DNA of 64,000 bases, from assembly GCA_947064765.1 (NCBI GenBank), contig CAMSWH010000003.1, positions 9,990 to 73,989 on the forward strand. Reading direction: 5' to 3'. The notes beneath the pieces were generated by a model. The model did not search any database. It saw only the letters and a program-made list of their open reading frames with translations, and was not told where the DNA came from. Within the stretch, counting starts at the first letter, position 1. Each line of letters starts with the position of its first letter. The DNA comes from an uncultured Clostridium sp. Its GTDB lineage: Bacteria > Bacillota > Clostridia > TANB77 > CAG-508. Shown in pieces: positions 16,459 through 26,158 of the stretch. The position numbers and the translations under genes were made by a program.

Positions 16459-18348
16459 TTAAATCTCCATAATAATAGGCAGGATCATTGGATTCCTTTT
16501 AGTTGTTTGGAATATATAATCTTTTAAAGAATCTCTTATTGTTGTTTTTATTGTAGACCAATCAGAAATATGATTATCTACACATTTCATAACTTCTACA
16601 TTTACTAATGTTTTAACTTCATCCATTAAATTCTCAGACTCTCTTACATATACAAATCCTCTTGAAATTATATCTGGTCCTGCAACAACATTTCCTGATT
16701 GGTCCATAGTTAGAACTACTATTATTAAACCATCTTGTGATAAATGTTGTCTATCCCTTAATACGATATTTCCTACATCTCCTACGCCTAAACCATCAAC
16801 AAATACTTTTCCAACAGGTACTGTTCCAGTAAATTTAGCTTCATTTTCATTTAATTCTAAAACTTTTCCGTTTTTCATTAATAACACATTATCTGCTGGT
16901 ATTCCCATTTGTCTTGCTGTATTTCTATGAGCAATTAATTGTCTATATTCACCATGAACAGGTATAAAGTATTTTGGTCTTACTAAAGATAACATTAATT
17001 TTTGTTCTTCTTGGCAAGCATGACCAGAAACGTGTACATCTGCTAAAGAACTATATACAACTTCTGCACCAATTTTCATTAAATCATCTATTACTTTTGC
17101 AACAAATTTTTCATTTCCTGGAATTGGTGTTGCTGAAATTATAACTAAATCATTAGAATTAATGTTTACTTTTCTATGTTCACCATTTGCCATTCTTGTT
17201 AATGCTGACATAGGTTCTCCTTGACTTCCAGTTGTTATTATTACTAATTGATCATCTGTATAATTTTTTATCATATCAAGTTCTATAAATACATTTTTTG
17301 GAGCATGTATATACCCCAATTCAACAGATGTTTGAATCATATTTATCATACTTCTACCACATACAGCTATTTTTCTATTATTTGCAACAGCTGAATTTAC
17401 TATTTGTTGAACTCTATGCATATTAGAAGCAAAAGTTGCTACTACAATTCTTTTTTTGCAATTCATAAATAGTTTATCAAACACTTCTCCTACTGTACTT
17501 TCTGACATTGTATATCCTTTTCTTTCAGCATTTGTACTATCAGAAAGTAGTGCTAAAACTCCTCTATTTCCAAGTTCAGCTAAACGACCTAAATCAATTT
17601 TTTGATCATCTATCGGTGTATAGTCTATTTTAAAATCTCCTGTATGAACTACTGTGCCAACTGGTGTATGAATAGCTAAAGCTACAGAATCTGGTATACT
17701 ATGACAGCTTCTTATAAATTCAACTCTAATTTTTCCAAGTACAATAGTTTGTCCTTGTTTCACTACATGTAACTTAGTTGTTTTTAATAATCTATGTTCT
17801 TCTAATTTATTAGATATTAATCCTATAGTTAATTTGGTAGCATAAATAGGTACATTAATTTGTTTTAATAGATATGCTATTGATCCAATATGATCTTCAT
17901 GACCATGTGTTATAACTAATCCTCTTATTCTATCTTTGTTTCTTTCAAGATAAGTAAAATCTGGAATAACTAAATCAATACCAAGCATATCATCTTCTGG
18001 AAATGCAACTCCACAATCTACTAAAACTATATCATTTCCATATTCAAAAACAGTAATATTTTTTCCGATTTCTTCAATTCCCCCTAAAGGAATTATTTTT
18101 AAATTGTCCTTTTTAAAAGAAAATTCTTCTTTTATTGCTAAGCCTTTTTCTGGTACTCTAGCTATAGAATTTTTTTCTTTTTTTATTGGCATTACTGATT
18201 TTGTATTTTCTACATTATCTTTCTTGTTATTTGCTCTTTTAGTATTTTTTTGAGCATTTGAATTTCTAGGATATCTTTTTGTAATTTTAGTCCCCTTTTT
18301 TTCTTTTGATATATTATTTTCCTCCATACTATTTTGTATATTAAACAC
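16459..18348 (-). CDS. rnj: ribonuclease J with a Lys/Asn-rich N-terminal extension; start uncertain
   Basis: Metallo-beta-lactamase HxHxDH (THGHEDHIG), beta-CASP and a C-terminal domain. The core begins at KIIPLGGIEEIGKN, around residue 83. GTG 18348 has no well-spaced SD. ATG 18327 and ATG 18192 are alternatives. Confidence 0.9.
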   Translation of the reverse strand: MFNIQNSMEENNISKEKKGTKITKRYPRNSNAQKNTKRANNKKDNVENTKSVMPIKKEKNSIARVPEKGLAIKEEFSFKKDNLKIIPLGGIEEIGKNITVFEYGNDIVLVDCGVAFPEDDMLGIDLVIPDFTYLERNKDRIRGLVITHGHEDHIGSIAYLLKQINVPIYATKLTIGLISNKLEEHRLLKTTKLHVVKQGQTIVLGKIRVEFIRSCHSIPDSVALAIHTPVGTVVHTGDFKIDYTPIDDQKIDLGRLAELGNRGVLALLSDSTNAERKGYTMSESTVGEVFDKLFMNCKKRIVVATFASNMHRVQQIVNSAVANNRKIAVCGRSMINMIQTSVELGYIHAPKNVFIELDMIKNYTDDQLVIITTGSQGEPMSALTRMANGEHRKVNINSNDLVIISATPIPGNEKFVAKVIDDLMKIGAEVVYSSLADVHVSGHACQEEQKLMLSLVRPKYFIPVHGEYRQLIAHRNTARQMGIPADNVLLMKNGKVLELNENEAKFTGTVPVGKVFVDGLGVGDVGNIVLRDRQHLSQDGLIIVVLTMDQSGNVVAGPDIISRGFVYVRESENLMDEVKTLVNVEVMKCVDNHISDWSTIKTTIRDSLKDYIFQTTKRNPMILPIIMEI

Positions 18349-18753
18349 CGATCATTTAATATACTCTCCTTTCTTAAATACTCTCTTTTCTCGCATACAA
18401 AATCTATATACAAATAAAATTAAGACTATTATAATACAATTACACTTTAACTAATTGCCTTTTCTCTCTAAATCACATTTTGTATAAGCTTTTATTAAAA
18501 CACAAAAAATAGTCTATTTCTAGACTATTAGAAAATATCATAACTACAAATAATTAATAAACGTTATAATTTTTATAACTAACTAAAATATTTATTAAAA
18601 TTATACACACCAATAAATATTAGAGACTAATCTCGTATCTCTAACTAAAAAAATCTTAATAATATTTAATTTTATTCCGTACATTTTTTATTTTAATATT
18701 TTCCGAACACGTCTTTTTTTATTTTTATATAAATCTCATTAATACTGTTTAAT

Positions 18754-18782
18754 ATTATACTATTATTTTAAATTTTTGTCAA
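18754..18782 (-). promoter_or_regulatory. consensus sigma-A promoter about 400 nt upstream of rnj
   Basis: Minus strand TTGACA (18777-18782), 17 nt, TATAAT (18754-18759). Confidence 0.6.
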
Positions 18783-18784
18783 AT

Positions 18785-18917
18785 AGAACAAATCTGAAAA
18801 ATCAAAGATTTTTCAGTAAATTTCTTCGTGTGCCAAATTTATGCAATAAATTTGTGTACAAATTTTAGCGTAGCTTTTATATAATAGGAAAGTATAACTT
18901 TCCTATTATATAAAAAA
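18785..18917. repeat. multi-hairpin element family X, copy 1 (candidate structured RNA)
   Basis: P1 GAACAAAT/ATTTCTTC encloses P2 CTGAAAAAT/ATTTTTCAG (18794-18816). P3 is CAAATTTAT/ATAAATTTG (18834-18854). P4 is a 19-bp stem at 18875-18893/18897-18915. Confidence 0.6.
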
Positions 18918-18938
18918 TAACCCGCCATAGTGGCGGGG
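18912..18938 (-). terminator. terminator after the 105-aa orphan
   Basis: CCCGCCA (18921-18927) / TGGCGGG (18931-18937), with U-rich UUAUUUUUU on the minus strand. Confidence 0.75.
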
Positions 18939-18991
18939 TGCCAAAGTCAATCAACATAAACTCTTCTTTCTTCTTAACTTCGGCAAGCTGA

Positions 18992-19309
18992 TTATACTAC
19001 GATTTCCTCAGGCATCAGGCGCAGCTGGGTGAAAATCACAGGCTCATATTTCTCTCCTGCTTTGTTTTTTCTTGTGTCTTTTGAACAGCTGAGATACTTA
19101 TGCATCACCAACTCCCAACATACATCATGCCCTTCAAGCCGTCTTACTTCATAAGCGTTCTTTCTTACTTCCTCAACAAATATCTGTTGCTCAGTATTAT
19201 TAAACATGTTTACCATATCTTTAAACTCCTTCAACATTTCCTGATCTTTGAAGATTAGAGTAAACACTCCTGAGTAATACAGCTCCCGCATTGTAACAAC
19301 ATTTCCCAT
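18992..19309 (-). CDS. 105-aa hypothetical protein in a GC-richer islet
   Basis: Same frame as track ORF 18992-19351. I prefer ATG 19309, which lies 9 nt after GGAGG. No motif recognised. Weak resemblance (ELYYSGVF, LKEFKDMV) to the 95/108-aa pair. Confidence 0.5.
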   Translation of the reverse strand: MGNVVTMRELYYSGVFTLIFKDQEMLKEFKDMVNMFNNTEQQIFVEEVRKNAYEVRRLEGHDVCWELVMHKYLSCSKDTRKNKAGEKYEPVIFTQLRLMPEEIVV

Positions 19310-19433
19310 ATAATCATTCCTCCAAAATGTGTTATTAAACTTCTGTTCCAACTTTAATTATACTACTTTATGTAAATTATGTCAATTTTAAGAGGTCATA
19401 ATTGTATGACCTCTTTCGACGTTTTATGACAAT

Positions 19434-20333
19434 TTATACTGTTGCTCCTATTATCCCTGCATCATTTTTAAATTCTGCAGTTAATATTTTTGGTTTTCCT
19501 TCATTAAATGTTGAATCAGTTTTATTTATCTCTTTTTTTAATTTTTCTAATACTGGATGTCCTTCATAATATGAAAAACTACCTCCTAAACAAACCACTT
19601 CTGGTTCAAATATATCTATTAAATTGCAAATTCCAATTTTTAAGTAATCAATAAATTCATTAATATCATTTTGTACTTCATCATGATATTTCACCATTAT
19701 TTCTTCTCTTAGATATTGACCTGATATATCACTTCCATCAATATTTAAAGTTTTTGTTATATTTGTTTTTAATGCTTTTATTGAACAATATCTTTCAAAA
19801 CAACCTTTTTTTCCACATGTACATTGTATTCCATCTTTTACTAGTGTCATATGACCAAACTCAAATCCAGAATATCTTTTAGGTTCTAATAAATTTCCAT
19901 TAATAAATGCAGCACCGCCTATTCCTGTTCCTATATTTATAAATATGCAATCTGAATAATCTTTCATTGCACCATATTTCTTTTCTGCAAGTGCTGCACA
20001 TTTTCCATCATTTCTAACTACCACTGGTAAATTATACTTTTCTACTAACTTAGACTGAAGATCAAAATTTTTAAGTCCTAAATTCCAAGAAATTATATGA
20101 CCTTTGGTTACCGTTCCTGGAGATGCTACACCTATTTTCTGTATATCCTTTAATTCTAATTCTTTTTCATCTAAAACTCTAGTAATAAGTTCATCAATAT
20201 TATTTAATATTGCTTTTTCTATATCTTTTCTATCTTCTTCTGAAAAAAACTTATCAGCTGATATTATTAAATTATTCTCTTTTACCAACCCTACTCCTAT
20301 ATGACTTCCACCTAAATCAATTCCAATATCCAT
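19434..20333 (-). CDS. glcK: ROK-family glucokinase
   Basis: 299 aa. N-terminal DIGIDLGGSHIG ATP-binding motif and ROK zinc motif CTCGKKGCFERYCS. Confidence 0.85.
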   Translation of the reverse strand: MDIGIDLGGSHIGVGLVKENNLIISADKFFSEEDRKDIEKAILNNIDELITRVLDEKELELKDIQKIGVASPGTVTKGHIISWNLGLKNFDLQSKLVEKYNLPVVVRNDGKCAALAEKKYGAMKDYSDCIFINIGTGIGGAAFINGNLLEPKRYSGFEFGHMTLVKDGIQCTCGKKGCFERYCSIKALKTNITKTLNIDGSDISGQYLREEIMVKYHDEVQNDINEFIDYLKIGICNLIDIFEPEVVCLGGSFSYYEGHPVLEKLKKEINKTDSTFNEGKPKILTAEFKNDAGIIGATV

Positions 20334-20455
20334 ATTTTAATAAATTCCTTTCTCGATTTTATAAAAAAACATAAATAGCTATTAAAATTTTATATATTAA
20401 CTTATCTAACATCTATACAATAATATTAAAATTAAATACTTTTTCCTTAAATATT

Positions 20456-21739
20456 CTATCTAAATAAAAATCCTCCTAAATATACTTGCATTACTGGCAT
20501 TAAAATTGTAATAATAAATATAAGTACTGCAATTCCAACAATAATATACGAAATCTCTGGCAATATTCTTAATAGCTTATTTATTTCATTTTCTATTTCA
20601 AAATCAATATATTGTTCTACTTTTTCCATTAATTCTGATAAATTACCACTAGAGCCTTTTTTTAACATCTCAATTACTATTGGACTTAATACATTTTCAT
20701 TTTCAAATGGCTCTATCCAAGATTTTCCTACATAAATATTATTAATTGATTTATCTACAATATCTAATATATAAGTATTTTTTATAACATTTTTACTGAT
20801 ATCTAATGCATCCTGTATTCTCATTTTATTTTTCAAATTTATTAATACACTACCTATTAATCTTGAAAAGCTTAATAAAAAGCCAATCCTACCAAATAAT
20901 ATATTTGTAGCAATAAATTTATCAATTTTATATTTTCCATTAGTAGTATTTATATATCTTATAATTGCTATAACAGTAATTATAATCATTATAAATATTA
21001 CATACCAATATTTTATAACTCTTTCCATAAAAAATGATACTACTAATAGAATTTTAGGAAATCTAATACTAGATTCATTTACTAAAAATATATTTTTAAG
21101 TAATGGCACACCTATTAATATTGACAATACTGTCATAAAAATTATTCCTAAAAACATTACTATATTAGGTATTAAAGCTTTTTGAATTCTTTCTTTTATT
21201 TCTTCCTCGTTCTCTAAATATCTAATTGCATGCTCTAGTGAATCTTCTAACTTTCCTGTTAATTCTCCTGTTTTTATTAAATATATATATTCATATGGAA
21301 ATATGTCTCTAAATTCCTCCATTGTTTTATATATAAGTTTTCCACTTTCTAAATTATTTAGCATAACTTTCAAAACTTTTTTTAATTGCAAATTTTTAGT
21401 ACTATTCATAATAGTTTTTATTGCATGATGATTAGTAAATTTTGCTTTTTTTAAAATATAAAAATTATTTGTAAATATTTTTACTTCTTCTATTGTTACT
21501 TTATCAGATAATTGTATAATTTGATTTCTTATTTTGTTTTTATTTTTTCTTCTTGATGAATATATTTTAGCTGTTGTCTTCTCATCATTTCTTGATATAT
21601 TAAAAGAACTTTTTATACTTATTGGTGTCATCCCATTTTGTTTTAATTTTTTTAAACATGAAATTTTATCATTTCCATTCATTCTAATTTTTACAATTTG
21701 TCCTTGCGGTGTAAGTACCTTACATATAAAACTAGCCAT
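20456..21739 (-). CDS. pilC: type IV pilus / type II secretion platform protein (PilC/GspF family)
   Basis: Two T2SSF repeats with 3 TM blocks. Start moved to ATG 21739 (GAAAGGAGG upstream). Confidence 0.85.
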   Translation of the reverse strand: MASFICKVLTPQGQIVKIRMNGNDKISCLKKLKQNGMTPISIKSSFNISRNDEKTTAKIYSSRRKNKNKIRNQIIQLSDKVTIEEVKIFTNNFYILKKAKFTNHHAIKTIMNSTKNLQLKKVLKVMLNNLESGKLIYKTMEEFRDIFPYEYIYLIKTGELTGKLEDSLEHAIRYLENEEEIKERIQKALIPNIVMFLGIIFMTVLSILIGVPLLKNIFLVNESSIRFPKILLVVSFFMERVIKYWYVIFIMIIITVIAIIRYINTTNGKYKIDKFIATNILFGRIGFLLSFSRLIGSVLINLKNKMRIQDALDISKNVIKNTYILDIVDKSINNIYVGKSWIEPFENENVLSPIVIEMLKKGSSGNLSELMEKVEQYIDFEIENEINKLLRILPEISYIIVGIAVLIFIITILMPVMQVYLGGFLFR

Positions 21740-21769
21740 ATTTCCTCCTTTCTTCAATTTTTTAATTTT

Positions 21770-22792
21770 TTAGTGTTTATTTATAGGTGCATATTTAGTA
21801 AGATTAAAATTATTATAATATTCATCTTGCTCATCACCTAATTTTCTCCAAACTCCATAGACACCATTAAAATTACATGTTTCTGATATATCTTCAATTT
21901 CTTCTGCAACAGTATTCATATTCAAGTATTCATTATTTATATATATTAAATCCATTTTTATACAATTTTTTCCTGTTGCATATCTAAAATAAGATTTATT
22001 ATCTTTTATAGAAAAATTAGGAATCCAAACATACATATAATTATTTATATTAATTTCATAACCATTATAGTTTATATTATTTTTAACAATCCCATTTTCA
22101 GTAATAAACTGACCTTCTAAATCATCACCATCTTTTAGAAATACTAAAACTCTTGCCCATTCTTTTGCTGCATAATTATACCATTCTTTATCTCCAATAG
22201 TTGTCTTAACATATGAATTTAATTCATTAGAATATTTAATTGGTATAACATTATAATAATCAGTATTTATTCCAATCTTATCAAAATAACTTTCTGAAAT
22301 AATAGGGCTATTACATTCTTGTATTTTCTCACGTTCTATAACAGTTGATAATTCTTCATGATATTCAAAATTATTAATAAAAAATGTTATATTAATATTT
22401 ACATTTTTTATTATATTAAAAATATCATCAGAATTACTGATTTCTAATTCTACATCATAACCATTTGGAATTTCTGTACCTAAAAATTTATCTTTACAGG
22501 CATCTCCATTAATAATAATATTTTGAGTATTAGCCTCCATAGTTTTAGAAATTCCTATTATAGATACATCTTCTATATACTTTTCAAAATCTGTATATGT
22601 TCTTGAATTTATATTTTCAAGCATACTTGTTATAATTAATGTTGCTTTAGATTTTTCTCGTATAGCTTTAAATTCTAAATTCATTCTAATACAAACAGTT
22701 GTAATTATAAATACTATTGTAGTTATTACTAAAAAAGCAAAAATAATCTCTATTCTTACAATATTTTTTTTTGAAAATTCTCTTTTTTCCAT
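21770..22792 (-). CDS. 340-aa membrane-anchored protein of the pilus cluster (possible minor pseudopilin)
   Basis: The single N-terminal hydrophobic helix is preceded by KKN|IVRIE, a degenerate prepilin-like motif with Glu at +5. The rest is unrecognised. Confidence 0.55.
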   Translation of the reverse strand: MEKREFSKKNIVRIEIIFAFLVITTIVFIITTVCIRMNLEFKAIREKSKATLIITSMLENINSRTYTDFEKYIEDVSIIGISKTMEANTQNIIINGDACKDKFLGTEIPNGYDVELEISNSDDIFNIIKNVNINITFFINNFEYHEELSTVIEREKIQECNSPIISESYFDKIGINTDYYNVIPIKYSNELNSYVKTTIGDKEWYNYAAKEWARVLVFLKDGDDLEGQFITENGIVKNNINYNGYEININNYMYVWIPNFSIKDNKSYFRYATGKNCIKMDLIYINNEYLNMNTVAEEIEDISETCNFNGVYGVWRKLGDEQDEYYNNFNLTKYAPINKH

Positions 22793-22875
22793 TTATTTAT
22801 CCAAATCTTAATTTTTATTATACAAATAGGCATACACATTGGTACACAAATGCATATGCCTATTATTTATTTTTA

Positions 22876-23040
22876 CTAATTAATTTCATTAGTACTTTTA
22901 TTTTCAATTACTTGATTATTGTTATCATTTGAGAAAAGCTCGCTGTCTATAACAACATATGTTGCAACACTGGCTATTAGTATTAATGCAACCATTAAAA
23001 CTAGAAATTGTGTTAGTGTTCTTCCATTTTGTGTTTTCAT
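22876..23040 (-). CDS. 54-aa pilin-like peptide (MKTQNGRTLTQFLVLMVALILIASVATYVV...)
   Basis: Not in the ORF track. ATG 23040 follows AAGGAG at a 7-nt spacing. G|RTLTQ plus a hydrophobic helix resembles a prepilin N-terminal domain with Gln instead of Glu at +5. Confidence 0.45.
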   Translation of the reverse strand: MKTQNGRTLTQFLVLMVALILIASVATYVVIDSELFSNDNNNQVIENKSTNEIN

Positions 23041-23060
23041 ATATAATCTCCTTAAATATT

Positions 23061-23657
23061 TTATTTTGAACCTTTATTCTCAAAATATGTTCCTGTCTGT
23101 GTTTTATCAGATGTACTAACTGTTGTATTAGTATTTTGTGGTTCTTTACTATTGTTTTTTACTGTATTAGTCTGATTATCTTTTACTGGAGTAGATGCTA
23201 CTGTTGTATTTGTTGGTTTTACAGTACTACTTGTATTTGTATTAGAATTATTATTTGAAGTAACTGTATTAGGTGTTTCGGTAGTTGTATTTTCTGGTTC
23301 TTTAGAAACATTTGTAATACTTACAACTTCATCTTCAACTCTTTCTGAATACTCTGCAAAAGGATCCTTTTTTCCACTTTCATAATAATTCTCTGATTGA
23401 TATCCTGATAAATCATCTTTATTAACACTGTAAGATTTTAATAAGGAATTAGTATTATCATTTGAACTATCTACACCTGTATTAGCATGTATTTCTGCAA
23501 GTGTTGCTCTAACATCTTCATTTTGTAAATATTCTATTGAACTTAATTTTTCATCATTTGAAGGCATAAATTCATAAAATAAAATTCCTATTGTAAACAT
23601 TACTACTATAAAAAGTAGTATCATAATAAATATTTCTTTTGCAAATTTACTATTCAT
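23061..23657 (-). CDS. 198-aa N-terminally anchored Thr/Asn-rich protein of the pilus cluster
   Basis: One TM (IFIMILLFIVVMFTIGILFY), then a low-complexity T/N/S-rich C-terminal half. The position between the pilO-like and pilin-like genes is the only functional clue. Confidence 0.55.
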   Translation of the reverse strand: MNSKFAKEIFIMILLFIVVMFTIGILFYEFMPSNDEKLSSIEYLQNEDVRATLAEIHANTGVDSSNDNTNSLLKSYSVNKDDLSGYQSENYYESGKKDPFAEYSERVEDEVVSITNVSKEPENTTTETPNTVTSNNNSNTNTSSTVKPTNTTVASTPVKDNQTNTVKNNSKEPQNTNTTVSTSDKTQTGTYFENKGSK

Positions 23658-23720
23658 TTTATTTACCTTTCTTTTCTAAAATTCTAGTTTTAGAAATCTA
23701 ACTTTATTAAAATCTTTGAG

Positions 23721-24389
23721 TTAGTTACTTGAATCATCTGTGTCTATAGTATTATCATAAGTTGGTTCTGGTGAATTTGGTATTGTTGATAAATTTTCAC
23801 TATTTATTGGAACATCTCTAACTATAAATGTAGCTTGCAAATTTTCTCCACCTTTTTCCATTGCAAAATCCCTTATTTCAAATCCTAATTGATCATCATC
23901 TTCTATGCTATAAACAAAATTTGTTATAGATATATAATCACCTGTTATTGTAAAATTTAAGTTACACATAACATATTCAGAAGATACTGATGTAGATGTA
24001 TTGCTTTTTGTTATATCAAGTTGCAATGTAACACCTTTATTTGTAGCCCAATTTCCTATGGTTATCATTAAAAAGTCTACATCATACAGATTAATGGATC
24101 CATTAGCTACACCATCTTCTATTTCACCTTTTTTTACTAAATCATTATATTCTTCTTTTTTTTCTTTATATTCTTTAATTGCTGTATTTAATGCTGATTT
24201 TTTAGCTTCATATTCTACATTATTTTTTTCATTTAATTCTGCAAATAAACTTTTCTTAATTGCATTCGCAGACTCAATATCACTGTAACTATTTATTTTA
24301 AAACTACCTATTGTTATTCCAAAAAACATTATCCAAATACAAAGCACACCTGTAATTATTAGCAAAATTGTTAATACAAATTTTCTCAT
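23721..24389 (-). CDS. PilO-like type IV pilus assembly protein
   Basis: 222 aa. N-terminal TM, then a coiled coil (EYEAKKSALNTAIKEYKEKKEEYNDL), then an alpha/beta domain. Overlaps the pilM/N stop by 4 nt. Confidence 0.5.
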   Translation of the reverse strand: MRKFVLTILLIITGVLCIWIMFFGITIGSFKINSYSDIESANAIKKSLFAELNEKNNVEYEAKKSALNTAIKEYKEKKEEYNDLVKKGEIEDGVANGSINLYDVDFLMITIGNWATNKGVTLQLDITKSNTSTSVSSEYVMCNLNFTITGDYISITNFVYSIEDDDQLGFEIRDFAMEKGGENLQATFIVRDVPINSENLSTIPNSPEPTYDNTIDTDDSSN

Positions 24390-25999
24390 GGTAAATCTCC
24401 TTCTATTATAATTGGTACTAACGAGTCACTTTCTGAACCATTTGTTAGTTGTATATTTTGAAGCATACCATCATTTTTTATTGCAGCTGTAAAATATCCT
24501 AATTGTTCATGTTTTTCTGAAACAGCCTCGATTACAATATGCTTATCTTCAGTATTCTTTATTGAAATAATTTGTACTTGCTGTGGAATTATAAACATTA
24601 TTTTAGTTAATAAATTTGGTATAGCATCTTTTGAAATTATTCTGCTATTTTGTGCATTTGTACTTGCTTCATCTAACGAATATGCACTATTTATTAAACT
24701 TGAATATGTATTTGTTTGACTTTCAATTTGTGATAGTTCATTGTCCATTGTTGAAATCTGAACTAAACTTTCTGATAGTTTGTCTTTTACTTCATCCTTT
24801 TGTTTATTTATTTGAAATGTAACAATACTTCCAACTACTGAAAAACATACTGATGTCATTAAAAGTGTTGCTACTGCCCTTGTTATCATTTTTTCTTTAA
24901 TATCAAAAGGTTCTTTAAAAGATTTCCCTAATTCTTTTACATTTATATTATCTGCTGTATCTCTTAATGTATCTATATCAAGACTATCAAATCTAGATAC
25001 TGGAGCAAAATTTAAATCTTTATTTAAATATCCTAAACCATCTAATGCAAGAGCTATAGCTGAATTCACTTCAATATACTCTTTAGCTGGTACTTTCATC
25101 AAACTTTGATCAATAAAAAATGGTTTTAGTACTTCACATTTTGAATTTTTGAAAAAATCTTGGAAGTATAAATCTATATTATTTATTGTTGCTCCCATTC
25201 CTGTTATATAAACTTTATCTATTCTTTCTTTAGATGTATTTATTATTTTTTGAGTTTCATTTGCTATTTTAAATAAAACTGGCATTACAACTTCTATATA
25301 TTCATTCTCATTTTCATCTAAACTTAAAACTTCATGTCCATAAATTGTAATATTTTTAAATACTTCATATGCTTTTTTTCTTGAAAGTTCAACTTTATTT
25401 ATTTTTTCTACCGCTTCTTCCATTCCTGTATTAAGCACATCTACTCTATTTATTTGACCATCTACAATAGTAGTTATTCTTGTTTCATTTTCTATATTAA
25501 TAATTGCTATATTTTCATTTTCTACTGGTTCAATAAGATTTGTTATACTTGTTGAAACTGGTGCCATTGAAACTAATTTATAATCAGATAAAATTCTAAG
25601 ATTTCTCTCTATTTCATTTTTGTTTGCTGAAATATAAATAGATTTATATTTATCAAAATTATTTTTGCTTTCCATTAATATATATCTTGATTCAAGTAAA
25701 TCCTTATTATATCCTTTTTCATTACATAACATCTCAAATTCAATATCTAATGATTTTGTAATGTCTTTCTTCTCTAATATTGAAAATACTTCAAAGTAAT
25801 TATATAATTCATCTGATATATTAATGCTTATTGGAATTTTGTAGCTATTTGTTTCACTAATAACTTTTTTTAATCCTTCTTCTAAGTTTTCAAAAGGTTC
25901 AACATTAAAAGCTTCCATTTTAAAAGAATCTCTATTTTTTCTTACTCTAGCATATTTAATTAAGTTCTTATCTACATAAATTCCCAAACAGCTTAACAT
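24386..25999 (-). CDS. pilM: PilM (actin-like ATPase) fused to a PilN-like TM/coiled-coil region
   Basis: 537 aa. The N-terminal ~330 aa have PilM-like layout (LGIYVDKNLIKYARV...ITGMGATINNI). A TM follows at about residues 375-397 with a downstream coiled coil, typical of PilN. Confidence 0.75.
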   Translation of the reverse strand: MLSCLGIYVDKNLIKYARVRKNRDSFKMEAFNVEPFENLEEGLKKVISETNSYKIPISINISDELYNYFEVFSILEKKDITKSLDIEFEMLCNEKGYNKDLLESRYILMESKNNFDKYKSIYISANKNEIERNLRILSDYKLVSMAPVSTSITNLIEPVENENIAIINIENETRITTIVDGQINRVDVLNTGMEEAVEKINKVELSRKKAYEVFKNITIYGHEVLSLDENENEYIEVVMPVLFKIANETQKIINTSKERIDKVYITGMGATINNIDLYFQDFFKNSKCEVLKPFFIDQSLMKVPAKEYIEVNSAIALALDGLGYLNKDLNFAPVSRFDSLDIDTLRDTADNINVKELGKSFKEPFDIKEKMITRAVATLLMTSVCFSVVGSIVTFQINKQKDEVKDKLSESLVQISTMDNELSQIESQTNTYSSLINSAYSLDEASTNAQNSRIISKDAIPNLLTKIMFIIPQQVQIISIKNTEDKHIVIEAVSEKHEQLGYFTAAIKNDGMLQNIQLTNGSESDSLVPIIIEGDLP

Positions 26000-26158
26000 T
26001 ACTTTTCTCCTTTGTTATATCTAAACATATAATATCACATTTTAATTTACTTTTATATGTATATTTATATCTTTTTTTACAATAAATGTCAATATATTTC
26101 AGAAGTTAGTAATATAAAAGTAGTGCAAAAGTAATAAAATTGTAATATAATTTTAAAA

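Noticed and set aside
18210-18413. 67-aa minus-strand ORF overlapping the rnj 5' end.
   Set aside because: It is an out-of-frame overlap with the RNase J N-terminal region and has no RBS. It is likely a shadow ORF.
18785-18917. Family X elements might be integron attC sites or MITEs carrying the small GC-rich ORFs as cassettes.
   Set aside because: There is no integrase, no cassette array, no RYYYAAC/GTTRRRY core sites and no terminal inverted repeats or target duplications. Only one of three copies is adjacent to a GC-rich orphan.
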